A DNA stretch of 64,000 nucleotides from an uncultured delta proteobacterium. Its GTDB lineage: Bacteria > Myxococcota > Myxococcia > Myxococcales > Myxococcaceae. Made by a program: the position numbers and the translations under genes. Shown here piece by piece: positions 1-10,749 of the stretch; the stretch's first letter is position 1; the number at the start of each line of letters is the position of its first letter. The stretch spans positions 160,001-224,000 of the forward strand of contig CAVYSY010000038.1 in assembly GCA_963771175.1 (NCBI GenBank), read 5' to 3'. The notes under the pieces were generated by a model, which was not told where the DNA came from, did not search any database, and saw only the letters and a program-made list of their open reading frames with translations.

Positions 1-2
1 AG

Positions 3-1046
3 GTGAACACCGGACGGACGGGCAAGGTGACGCCCTTCGCCGTGCTGGAGCCGGTGCGAGTCAGCGGGGCCACGGTGACGTACGCCACGCTCCATAACGA
101 GGAGGAGGTGCACCGCCGGGACGTGCGCGTGGGGGACACCGTCATCGTCCGCCGGGCCGGCGAGGTCATCCCCGAGATCGTCGGCCCCGTGCTCTCCAAG
201 CGCCCGCCGGACGCGCGCCCGTGGCACTTCCCGAAGAAGTGCCCCTCGTGCGGCACCCGGCTCGTCCGCGAGGAGGGAGAGGCCGACTGGCGCTGCCCGA
301 ACCACGCCGGCTGCCCCTCCCAGGCCGTCGAGTGGCTCTTCCACTTCGCCTCGCGCGGGGCCATGGACATCGAGCACCTCGGGTACGTCACCGGGCTGTC
401 GCTCCTGGAGCGGGGCTGGGTGAAGGACCCGGCGGACCTCTTCTTCCTCACCGCCGAGCAGCTCGAGCAGCTCCCCGGCTTCAAGGAGAAGTCCATCCAC
501 AACCTGCTGTCCGCCATCGAGGACGCGCGGCACCGGCCCCTCTGGCGGCTGCTCGTGGGCCTCAACATCCGCCATGTGGGGCCGTTCGCCGCCCGGCTGC
601 TGGCCCAGACCTTCCCGTCAATGGCGGCGCTGCGTCGGGCCTCGCTCGACGAGCTCCTGGCGGTGCAGGGCATCGGCCCCCGCATCGCCCAGAGCCTCCA
701 TGACTGGCTCCATCAACCGGAGAACGAGCGACTCATCGAGAAGCTGCGCCGCGCGGGCGTGCGGCTCCGAGAGGAGGCACCGGCGCGACCCACCGCGGGC
801 CCCCTGGCGGGAGAGACGGTGGTCATCACGGGAGAGCTGGAGACGCTGAGCCGAGAGGAGGCCACGCACGCGGCCGAGGCCGCCGGGGCCCGCGTCACCT
901 CCAGCGTGTCGCGCAACACCTCGTTCGTCGTGGTGGGGGCGAACCCGGGCGCGACCAAGTACGACAAGGCCCAGGCGCTCGGCGTCGAGACCGTGGACGA
1001 GCGGGAGTTCCTCCGCCGCCTGGGCGAGCGCCGCACCGTGCACTGA
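3..1046 (+). CDS. ligA: NAD-dependent DNA ligase, 3' part (5' end outside window)
   Basis: GRTGKVTP..LEPV..SGATVTYATLHN OB-fold motif, CPSCG..RCPN..C zinc finger, HhH repeats (GIGP) and C-terminal BRCT (VVITG..SVSRNTSFVVVG). Confidence 0.95.
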   Translation: MNTGRTGKVTPFAVLEPVRVSGATVTYATLHNEEEVHRRDVRVGDTVIVRRAGEVIPEIVGPVLSKRPPDARPWHFPKKCPSCGTRLVREEGEADWRCPNHAGCPSQAVEWLFHFASRGAMDIEHLGYVTGLSLLERGWVKDPADLFFLTAEQLEQLPGFKEKSIHNLLSAIEDARHRPLWRLLVGLNIRHVGPFAARLLAQTFPSMAALRRASLDELLAVQGIGPRIAQSLHDWLHQPENERLIEKLRRAGVRLREEAPARPTAGPLAGETVVITGELETLSREEATHAAEAAGARVTSSVSRNTSFVVVGANPGATKYDKAQALGVETVDEREFLRRLGERRTVH

Positions 1047-1068
1047 GCACACGCTCGGCCGTCCGCCT

Positions 1069-1414
1069 TCAGCCCCGCTCGATGCGCAGGAGGTCCTCCA
1101 GCCGCACCGCGGTGCAGGCGACCGGGTGGATCTCCGAGATGCTCCAGTCCTCCAGCGACTGGGCGTCGATGAGGACCTCGGGCTTGGGGAGGAAGCCCCG
1201 GAAGCAGCCCTCGAGCCCCAGCTCCGTCGCCACCCGACGGGCGTGCTCGGCGCCGTGGCGGCTCCACAGGTACATGCCCGCCCCCTTCTCGGCGCAGCTC
1301 GCGCACCCGCTTCACCACCCGCTCCTGGGAGATGCGTTTGTCCGCGGTGCTCGGGACCAGCGTGTCATCGGCGTCGAGGTAGATGGCCGCACAGGGAACG
1401 ACGGGGGAGGTCAT
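1069..1414 (-). CDS. Small HAD-superfamily protein (DUF705-like), split by one frameshift near 1280
   Basis: N-terminal IYLDADDTLV (HAD motif I) at the start of ORF 713..1414 continues as MYLWSRHGAEHARRVATELGL..FLPKPEVLID in ORF 1069..1275. Confidence 0.65.
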
Positions 1415-1637
1415 GACGGGGGGAAGATGGCACCGCCCGGAGCCCTGTCCAGAGACGGGAGGTGGGCCGCTCCCCGGGCACCCGGCCAGCCTCCTCTACT
1501 ATCGCTCGTTGCTCGCATGAGGGCAGGTTGTCGGCGTGTTTCCGTGGGACTCCCCGGACAGGCGGCTCACGGCTGACAATCGGGGGGAATGGGGACGAAG
1601 CTCCCCGGTCCAGCTCCAGCCACCTTTCGAGGCCACG

Positions 1638-3274
<1,637 letters not shown>

Positions 3275-3290
3275 GCGCCCCGACCCCAAG

Positions 3291-3315
3291 GGAGGCCCGG
3301 TGATGCCGGGCCTCC
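3291..3315. terminator. GC-rich hairpin between convergent genes
   Basis: GGAGGCCCGG-TGATG-CCGGGCCTCC perfect 10-bp stem. Confidence 0.7.
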
Positions 3316-3325
3316 TTCGGAGGAA

Positions 3326-3718
3326 TCAGTGCTTCAGCCCCGCCACATGGGTGGTGGGAAGGCTCTCCATCCCGTGGGCGAGCTGGAAGGTGTAGCGCAC
3401 GCGGGGCGCCGACTTGAGGCCCCCCACCACCTTGAAGAGGAAGTAGCCGCGGTCCACGTTGTCCGGGTCCGGCGTCACCTGCACATGGAGCAGGTCGGTG
3501 GTGTCGAGCACCATCTCCCCCACCATCCGCTTGCCAAGGATGAGCTGCACCACGGGTGCGCCGTTGTCCTCCGCGAAGAGGGCCCAGTGGAGCGCCTCGG
3601 CGTCGTAGAGCCAGAACTCTTCCGTGCCGACGCTGAGGACGCAGTTGGTGTGGTCCAGGACCCAGTCCCAGAAGCGCTCGAAGGGGAGTGTGCCCCCCGT
3701 CTCTGTCTCAATCGCCAT
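3326..3718 (-). CDS. Hypothetical protein
   Basis: Protein-like ORF with host codon bias, downstream of the kinase. Confidence 0.7.
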   Translation of the reverse strand: MAIETETGGTLPFERFWDWVLDHTNCVLSVGTEEFWLYDAEALHWALFAEDNGAPVVQLILGKRMVGEMVLDTTDLLHVQVTPDPDNVDRGYFLFKVVGGLKSAPRVRYTFQLAHGMESLPTTHVAGLKH

Positions 3719-3777
3719 GCCCCCCACATAGCGCAGGTCGGGGGGTGATGGGCGACGGAGAGGGGCCTATATCGGCC

Positions 3778-5154
3778 TCACGTCATCAGCCACACCACCA
3801 GGAAGCCCGCCGCGAGCGCGACGAGGAAGAGCCCCGCGGTGAGCCACACCCTCCGGGATATCCCAGCGCCAGGGAGGGGCCCCTCCTCCTCGCCGCCCTC
3901 CTCGATGGCCCGCACCAGCCCGGACTCCTCGCCCTGCTGCGCCACGTCGAAAGCCACCCGTACCTCGCGAGAGGTCGGAGGCTCGGCCTGGGACTCGGCG
4001 GAGCCCGGCGTCGCCTGCGGGGCGTCCTCCATCAGGACCACCTCCGCGGACGGCACGAAGTCCGCCGGGGCATCGAGGGCCCGGTGCTCGAAGGCCAGCG
4101 CGGTGGGAGGCGCGAAGGTCGGCAGCTCCTTCTCGGTGAGCGGACGACGGAGCTTCGACTTGCCTCGCACCAGCTCCCCGAGCACGCCGTCCTCCACCGC
4201 CTTCTCCCGCGCGAAGGCCTCGCCCATCAGCCGCGCCAGGTCCGCATCCCCCACCCCGGGCGCGTACTTCTCCCGCAGGGCGCGCAGCGCCGCCCCGAGC
4301 GCCCTCGCATCCAGGAAGCGTGCCTCGGGCTCGGTGGCCAGCGCCTTCAGCACCACCGCGTCCATGTCTGGCGGCAGGTCCGCCTGGTGGCGGCTGGGCG
4401 GTTCCCACTGGGGGTACGCCGCGCGGCGCCAGCGAGCGACGACATCGCCCTTCTGCGCCTGCGTCTGCGCCTGCCAGGCGAGCAGCTCCCAGAGCACCAC
4501 CCCCGTGGCGTACACGTCCGCCCGCCGGTCCACGCGCAGCTTGCGCGCCTGCTCCGGCGCCATGTACGCGATGCTGCCCATCACCACGCTCGGCGCCGTC
4601 TGCGCCTCCTTCAGCGTGGACTGCGCCGCGCCGAAGTCGATGATTTTGACCTCGCCGCCGTAGGAGATGCACACGTTGGCCGGCGACAAGTCCCTGTGCA
4701 CGAGGTGCAGAGGCTGGCCGTACTCGTCCGTCACGTCGTGGGCGTACGCCAGCCCCTCGCACATGCGCTCGCCGATGAGCAGCACCAGCCCCCGGGGCAA
4801 CACCCGCCCCTGCTGCCGCAGGCGCCAGGCGAGCCGGTTGAGCGTCTTGCCCGCCACGTACTCCATGGCGAGATAGAGCTCCCCGGCCACCTCGCCCATG
4901 TCCCACACGCGAGCGATGTTGGGATGGGACAGGCGCCGCACCACCCGCGCCTCGTCCCGGAAGCGGGCGAGGAACTGCGGGTTCCCCGCCAGGGAGGGCA
5001 GCACCTTCTTCACCACGCAGGCGCGGCCCGGGCTCTCCTCGCGCGCGAGGAACACCTCCCCCATCCCCCCGTACCCGATGCGCCGCACCAGGGTATAGGG
5101 ACCGAAGGGGAGGGACCCCGGGCGCTCGGGCGCCGGCTCAGGCACCCTGTCCAA
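3778..5154 (-). CDS. Hanks-type Ser/Thr protein kinase with C-terminal TM helix
   Basis: GYGGMGEVF, VVKK, HRDLSPAN, DFG, YMAPEQ, DVYATG; hydrophobic C-terminus. Start uncertain, overlaps the end of hemL. Confidence 0.92.
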   Translation of the reverse strand: MDRVPEPAPERPGSLPFGPYTLVRRIGYGGMGEVFLAREESPGRACVVKKVLPSLAGNPQFLARFRDEARVVRRLSHPNIARVWDMGEVAGELYLAMEYVAGKTLNRLAWRLRQQGRVLPRGLVLLIGERMCEGLAYAHDVTDEYGQPLHLVHRDLSPANVCISYGGEVKIIDFGAAQSTLKEAQTAPSVVMGSIAYMAPEQARKLRVDRRADVYATGVVLWELLAWQAQTQAQKGDVVARWRRAAYPQWEPPSRHQADLPPDMDAVVLKALATEPEARFLDARALGAALRALREKYAPGVGDADLARLMGEAFAREKAVEDGVLGELVRGKSKLRRPLTEKELPTFAPPTALAFEHRALDAPADFVPSAEVVLMEDAPQATPGSAESQAEPPTSREVRVAFDVAQQGEESGLVRAIEEGGEEEGPLPGAGISRRVWLTAGLFLVALAAGFLVVWLMT

Positions 5155-6433
5155 GCGCCCGGAACGCCTTGCGAGCCGCCTTGAGGATGTGCGCCACCTC
5201 GGGCTCGTTGATGGCCAGTGACAGGAACGCCGCCTCGAACTGGCTCGGCGGCAGGTACACGCCCTCGTCCAGCATCACCTGGAAGAAGCGGCTGTAGCGC
5301 GCCGTGTCGCTCTTCTTCGCGCTCGGGTAGTCGAACACCGGCCCCTCGGTGAAGAAGACGGTGAACATGCTGCCCACGCGGTTGATGGTGACGGGGACGT
5401 TGGCCTCCTTCGCCTCCGCGCGCAGGCCCGCTTCAATCTCGCGGCCGATGAAGTCCAGGCGCTCGTACACGCCCGGGGCGCGCAGCGCCTGGAGGCTCGC
5501 GAGGCCCGCCGCCACCGCCACCGGGTTCCCCGACAGCGTGCCCGACTGGTACACCGGGCCCTCGGGGGCAATCTTCGACATGATGTCGCGCCGCCCGCCG
5601 TAGGCCGCCAGCGGCATGCCGCCACCAATCACCTTGCCGAAGGTGCTCAGGTCCGGACGCAGGCCGTACACCTCCTGCGCTCCGCCGCGCGCCAGCCGGA
5701 AGCCCGTCATCACCTCGTCCAGGACGAGCAGCACCCCGTGGGCGCGGCACAGCGCCTGGAGTCCCTGGAGGTAGCCCTCCTCGGGGATGAGCACGCCCAT
5801 GTTGCCCACCACCGGCTCGATGATGGCGCAGGCGATGTCCTTGGCCCGCTGCGTGAAGAGCTTCTCCACCGCCCCCAGGTCATTGAAGGGCGCCGTCAGC
5901 GTGAGCTGCGCCACCGCCGCGGGCACGCCCGGCGAGTCCGGCAGCCCCAGCGTCTCCACGCCGCTGCCCGCCTTCACCAGGAAGGGGTCGCCCGCGCCGT
6001 GGAAGCAGCCCTCGAACTTGAGGATGTAGTCGCGGCCCGTGTAGCCGCGCGCCAGCCGGATGGCCGCCACCGTGGCCTCGGTGCCACTGGAGACGAGCCG
6101 CACCTTCTCCACGCTCGGCACCGTGGCGCAGATGAGCTCGGCGAACTGCACCTCCAGGTCCGTGGGCGCCCCGAAGGTGGTGCCCCGGCGCGCCGCCTCG
6201 GTGACGGCCTCGATGATGGGCGGGTAGGCATGGCCCAGGATGAGGGGACCCCAGCTCCCCACCAGGTCCACGTAGCGGTTGTCATCCACGTCCGTCAGCC
6301 ACGCGCCCGCGCCCTCCTTGAAGAAGACGGGCTCACCGCCGACCCCACGGAAGGCACGCACCGGGGAGTTCACTCCGCCCGGAATGCGCTCCTGCGCGCG
6401 AGAGAAGAGGGCCTTGCTCTGCGAGTGGTTCAT
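5138..6433 (-). CDS. hemL: Glutamate-1-semialdehyde 2,1-aminomutase
   Basis: IPGGVNSPVRAF, SSGTEAT, KFEGCFHG, DEVMTGFR, GKVIGGGMP, GTLSGNP, PSQFEA. Confidence 0.97.
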   Translation of the reverse strand: MNHSQSKALFSRAQERIPGGVNSPVRAFRGVGGEPVFFKEGAGAWLTDVDDNRYVDLVGSWGPLILGHAYPPIIEAVTEAARRGTTFGAPTDLEVQFAELICATVPSVEKVRLVSSGTEATVAAIRLARGYTGRDYILKFEGCFHGAGDPFLVKAGSGVETLGLPDSPGVPAAVAQLTLTAPFNDLGAVEKLFTQRAKDIACAIIEPVVGNMGVLIPEEGYLQGLQALCRAHGVLLVLDEVMTGFRLARGGAQEVYGLRPDLSTFGKVIGGGMPLAAYGGRRDIMSKIAPEGPVYQSGTLSGNPVAVAAGLASLQALRAPGVYERLDFIGREIEAGLRAEAKEANVPVTINRVGSMFTVFFTEGPVFDYPSAKKSDTARYSRFFQVMLDEGVYLPPSQFEAAFLSLAINEPEVAHILKAARKAFRALGQGA

Positions 6434-6692
6434 GTGCGCTCCATAGCACGCGACTTGCGGCGCCACCGGCGTCACCCGTTCATCACCGGCAGCCTGCTTG
6501 ATTCCCGGCAGGGCTAGAACTACACCGCGCCGCACTTTCGTGTTTTACGGCTTATGGGTGGGTGGAGGAACTTTCGGTAGCGGCGGTTCTAGCCTTTCCC
6601 GGGCGGGCGGGTCCACCTGCGGGCCCGGCGAGCGCCAGGCATCGGCGAGGGCTGGGGTCCCCTCCCCAACCCAACACCGCACGGGGAGGAGC

Positions 6693-7445
6693 ATGTTGGA
6701 CATGAAACACAGTGGAAACGGGACGCGGAGCACCTTGAAGCTGGCGGGTTTTCTCCTGGTGCTCGTGGCGGCCCTCGGTGCCCAGGCGGAGCCGCCCTCC
6801 TCCAAACTCCCTGGCCGTACGCCGGACTCCAAGGAACCCTGGGGCGCTTTTCTTGGCCGGGCCGCACATGAGGCCATTGGCAACGAGTACATCGTGCGGC
6901 ATCCCACCCATCGCGTCTTCCTCAACACCGTCAATCTCTACGACATTGTGAAGCAGGGGAAGTTGGGGGATCCCAAGCGTCTTTCGGAGTTCGTGAGGCG
7001 CTTGCGCCCGGACATCACCGATACCCGCGCCCTCGTGCTGTTCGAGATCAAGCCGGACGATGAGGAGTCGCGCAGGGAAGGGAGAGAACAGGCGGGGCGC
7101 TACCTGGCGGCTCTGAATGAGGCCGTCGAACCTGACAAGAAGCTCGTGGGAGGCACCGGCTTCGAGGGGTCGCTCTTCCTCGAATTCGAGAACGGGGGAG
7201 CACTCTGGCAGTTGTCCTGGCGCACGCCAGAGCCCGGAGTAACGCTGTACCGCTGGAGCTACCGGCGCAAGCAGCCCAATGCTTCCTGGAAGGAGCAGGC
7301 GGCCCAGAAGGCAGAGGAATTGCCCAGGGAAGAAATAGCGCAGCGCGATGAGTTGGCCGAGCAGGCGATCCGGGCTGCCTATGAAGGGGGCGAACATCCC
7401 AAGGGCTTCCAGGGCCAGGTCTACCTGCCCGTGGACTGCCGCTGA
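6693..7445 (+). CDS. Secreted protein with PD-(D/E)xK restriction-endonuclease-like motifs (candidate toxin)
   Basis: GGAGGA RBS before ATG 6693; signal peptide (KLAGFLLVLVAALGAQA); G..AHEAI...RPDI..LFEIKP...QAGRYLAAL. Confidence 0.6.
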   Translation: MLDMKHSGNGTRSTLKLAGFLLVLVAALGAQAEPPSSKLPGRTPDSKEPWGAFLGRAAHEAIGNEYIVRHPTHRVFLNTVNLYDIVKQGKLGDPKRLSEFVRRLRPDITDTRALVLFEIKPDDEESRREGREQAGRYLAALNEAVEPDKKLVGGTGFEGSLFLEFENGGALWQLSWRTPEPGVTLYRWSYRRKQPNASWKEQAAQKAEELPREEIAQRDELAEQAIRAAYEGGEHPKGFQGQVYLPVDCR

Positions 7446-7532
7446 GCGGGCGGGAGGCGTCTGCTGCCCTCGGAGCGCGCGAAGTGCCTGGCGATTGAGG
7501 AGCATCTGACCGCTGTGGTAGGGCGAAAAGCC

Positions 7533-8333
7533 ATGACCACGGAACAGTCCCCGGTGCTCGAGTTTCCAGCGTGGCTCCACGGCTCCACCGCCGCCATCCT
7601 CCGCAAGGCGAGGGCCGAGGGCCACTGGTGGGCCCGGGAGTACCTCAAGACCGGTTCCTTTCCCCAACCCCGGCAGATGCGCCAGGTGCCTCCCGGCGAG
7701 GTGCTGGTGGTGCGATCAGCGGCCGAATTCGACTCGACCCGCACACGCTGGTGGGTGCACCTGTTCGGCGAGGTCTTCATCAACTTGGATGAAGGCGTCC
7801 CGGAGGAGGAGCACCAGCACATGAGGGAGTCCTTCGAGTCCTTCTGCCTGAGCACGCCTTGGGGCGCCCTCTATTATGCCGTATCCTCACCCTCGCCGCA
7901 GAGCGCTGAGCGCATGGCGAACCGGCTCGCCTCGGTGCTCCGCTTCTGGGACGTGCTCCAGGGCCCTCGCTACGCGTTCTGGCTCGGTAAGAAGTACACG
8001 CTGGAAGAGCTCATGGAGGATATCTACGGCAAGACCCTGGAGGCCTGGTGCCCCGGAGGCCCGGCCTCGGTCCGCGAGCACCTGGCCCAGACGGTGGAGC
8101 GCATGTCTCGCGCTACCCGAGAAGAGTGCATGGAGGCCGTGCTCCGGGTGATTCCTGTCCTGGTGGAGGTGGACACCGATTTGAAGCACCGCGAGGTTCT
8201 CTGTGACCCGGGCTTTCTGCGTGAGCGCCTCTCCGCGCTTCCCCCGAAGAAGTTCGAGGATTTCTCCAGCGCCGACAAGTACGCGGTGACAGGGCAGTTG
8301 TGGGACTGGGACAGGGAGTTGGGGCGGCATTAG
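7533..8333 (+). CDS. Hypothetical cytoplasmic protein (candidate immunity/partner)
   Basis: 266-aa Trp-rich ORF directly downstream of, and co-oriented with, the nuclease-like gene; relaxed codon bias like its neighbour. Confidence 0.65.
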   Translation: MTTEQSPVLEFPAWLHGSTAAILRKARAEGHWWAREYLKTGSFPQPRQMRQVPPGEVLVVRSAAEFDSTRTRWWVHLFGEVFINLDEGVPEEEHQHMRESFESFCLSTPWGALYYAVSSPSPQSAERMANRLASVLRFWDVLQGPRYAFWLGKKYTLEELMEDIYGKTLEAWCPGGPASVREHLAQTVERMSRATREECMEAVLRVIPVLVEVDTDLKHREVLCDPGFLRERLSALPPKKFEDFSSADKYAVTGQLWDWDRELGRH

Positions 8334-8334
8334 C

Positions 8335-8412
8335 ATCGACGCCCTGCAGGAGATGAACATCATTCCCCCAGAAGACTTTGACGCGCTAAACGCGAAACAC
8401 GGAATCGACTAA
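8335..8412 (+). pseudogene. Orphan 3' gene remnant (IDALQEMNIIPPEDFDALNAKHGID*)
   Basis: Lower-GC stretch reading as a protein-like C-terminus ending in TAA, with no upstream body. Confidence 0.4.
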
Positions 8413-8448
8413 TCAGACAGCATCGAAAAAACAATCCCAGCGGGAGTC

Positions 8449-9513
8449 ATGTTGAAGGCCCAGCGAATGCAGTCGTCCACCGCTCGATGCTGGCGCCTCG
8501 TCCCCGCGTTGCTTGCCGCGCTCGGAGCCACTTCCGCCTCCGCCGTCGATGAGCGTCCGATCGCCGAGCCGCGCCTGCCCCAGCTCACATGCTACGCGGG
8601 CTACTTGAAGCTCGAGGCGCCGCACGGGCTCGCGGGTGTGCGTGCCGCCATCCAGCAGGCCCTTGCCCGGAAAGACCAGGCCGCGCTGCGCTTCCTGGAG
8701 GAGCGGCTCACCGAGGTCATCGGCGGGGATGCCAATGCCGCGCTCCAGGCGATTGAGTGGGCCCACGCCGCACAAGAGCCCGAGATGTCGCTCTATCTGC
8801 GCGCGGTGCGCGAGACGGAGGCCGTGCGCGCCCCGAAGGTGGTGGACCGGCTCGTCACCCTGGCCGAGGGACACTCGGCTCCCAGCCATCAGGCGGGCGC
8901 GTTGATTGCCCTGGAGACACAGCACCGGCTTGAGCCAGCCCTGCTGGAGCGCCTCACCACGCTGGCCAAAAAGGACACGCTCGCCACCGGTGTGGCCATG
9001 CACACGGTGCGCACCATCGGCCGGGTGATGGACAACGACTTCAAGCGCACCGGCAGCTTCGACCCGTACATGGGCAAGCTGCTGGAGGTGGCGCTCGACT
9101 CCACCGAGGCCGACGTGCGGAGCCTCGCCCTCGAGATGGGCACCTACCCGGAGGCCCGTATCGAAGGGAAGTCGCTCCAGCAGATGGCGAAGCTCCTGGC
9201 CGAGGACCCCGACCCCGGTGTGCGCGAGATGGCGGCGCTGGTGATGTCCTCGGGACGGGATACGCAGGCCGTGCTCGACGCATTCCGCGAGTCCTTTCCC
9301 CGGGAGAAGAACCTGTGCGTGCGCTGGGCGCTCGTGCGCTACGCGGTGCGAGCCGCGGGCCCCGAGGCCCTCCCGCTGCTCAAGGACTTCGCGAGGCGGG
9401 ACGCGCGCTTCCAGCGGGACTACGCCGAGTTCAAGGCGCTGTATGACGCGGGCCAGGTCGACTTCAACCGCGTCTGGCTCGGCAAGGCCACCCACCACCG
9501 CTGCGAGGGATAG
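8449..9513 (+). CDS. Exported HEAT-repeat protein
   Basis: Signal peptide (LLAALGATSASA); HEAT-like units (DVRSLALEMG, DPDPGVREMAALVM, NLCVRWALVR). Confidence 0.75.
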   Translation: MLKAQRMQSSTARCWRLVPALLAALGATSASAVDERPIAEPRLPQLTCYAGYLKLEAPHGLAGVRAAIQQALARKDQAALRFLEERLTEVIGGDANAALQAIEWAHAAQEPEMSLYLRAVRETEAVRAPKVVDRLVTLAEGHSAPSHQAGALIALETQHRLEPALLERLTTLAKKDTLATGVAMHTVRTIGRVMDNDFKRTGSFDPYMGKLLEVALDSTEADVRSLALEMGTYPEARIEGKSLQQMAKLLAEDPDPGVREMAALVMSSGRDTQAVLDAFRESFPREKNLCVRWALVRYAVRAAGPEALPLLKDFARRDARFQRDYAEFKALYDAGQVDFNRVWLGKATHHRCEG

Positions 9514-9516
9514 GCG

Positions 9517-10646
9517 ATGAGCACGGGAGCGAAGAAGACCTGGGTGGGGGTTGGCGTGGTGCTGCTCGCCGCGCTCGTGGGCCTGCTGCTGTGGCGAGCT
9601 GCCCCCTCGGGCGGAACCACGGACGAAGCGAGGGACACCGTGGCCGTCCAGGACCCGGCGAGCACGGGCGAGGGGCGCGGCGACACGTCGGCTCCGACCT
9701 CGCCCCCCCGAGCCCCCCACCCGAGGACCTGCTGCGGCCGGTGCCGTGCGAGTTGGACTCGCTGGTAGAGGAGTACCGCCAGGGCAAGGGCTCGCCGGCA
9801 TACCGGCGCCATGTGATGGAGCAACTGCGCGGCCTCCTGGAGACGCTGCCGCCGGAGCATTTCTGGGCGAAGGTGGAGGCGGAGCAGGACGCGGAGGTGC
9901 TGGAGCCCCTGTCTGCGCTGTGGGTGATGCGATTCAACCTGACGGGCGACCGGGGCGTGCTGGAGCGGGTGCTGACCAAGGCCGCGCGCGAGTCGGACCC
10001 GAAGCGCCGGGCGGCGATGGTGCGCTCACTGAGGGCCTCGGGCGAGCCGGCCAGCGAGGTGCTGGCCAGGGCCGAGTCCACGCGCCACGCCTACCGCGAG
10101 TGGGTGAAGGACGCGGCCCCCGAGGTGCGCGAGGCGGTGGTGGGCAACCTGACGGAAGAGGCCGCGCGCAACTTCGGTCGCTTCCAGGGTGTGGCGGAGG
10201 AGGCGGTGGCGCTTGCCTCGGAGGCGGGAGACCCGAAGACGGCGGCGGGGCTGCTGGGCGCGTCGTCCATCGAGGCGGCGCGGACGCCAGCGGTGGACTC
10301 GGTGCGCCAACTGCTCCAGGGCTCCGAGCACCCCGAGGTGCGGGAGGCCGCGGCGAAGGCGCTGGGCACGGTGTCGGTGAGCGAGTCCGAGCGGACGATG
10401 CGGGCGCTGACGGCTCGCTATGCCATGGAGAGCTCGCACGCGGTGCGCGGCGCCATCCTGGAGAGCCTCGCGCGCCTGGGCCTGTCGAACGCCGTGCCGG
10501 TGCTGCGCGAGCTGAAGGGCGTGGACCGGGAGCTGGACGGGGAGATCGACACGTGGCTCGCGCTGCTGGCCTCCCAGCCGCAGACGTGGAACCTGCTGCT
10601 GCGCGACAAGCAGGCGCTGGAGCACCGGCGAGGCCAGGGCGGCTGA
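9517..10646 (+). CDS. Membrane-anchored HEAT-repeat protein (frameshift in C-run ~9715)
   Basis: N-terminal TM (WVGVGVVLLAALVGLLLW) in 9517..9768 joins the 9591..10646 frame with HEAT units (PEVREAVV, HPEVREAAAKALG, HAVRGAILESLA). Confidence 0.7.
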
Positions 10647-10678
10647 GCCCGAGGCCCAGGACAGAGCACTCGCGGGAA

Positions 10679-10712
10679 ATCCCCTCTCCCGGCGGGAGAG
10701 GATAGGTTGAGG
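10679..10712. repeat. REP-like palindromic element
   Basis: CCTCTCCC-GGC-GGGAGAGG stem followed by ATAGGTTGAGG; a degenerate relative lies at ~20977-21003. Confidence 0.5.
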
Positions 10713-10749
10713 CTCTCGCCGTCCCGAGCTTCCCACCCGAGGTCCCGCC

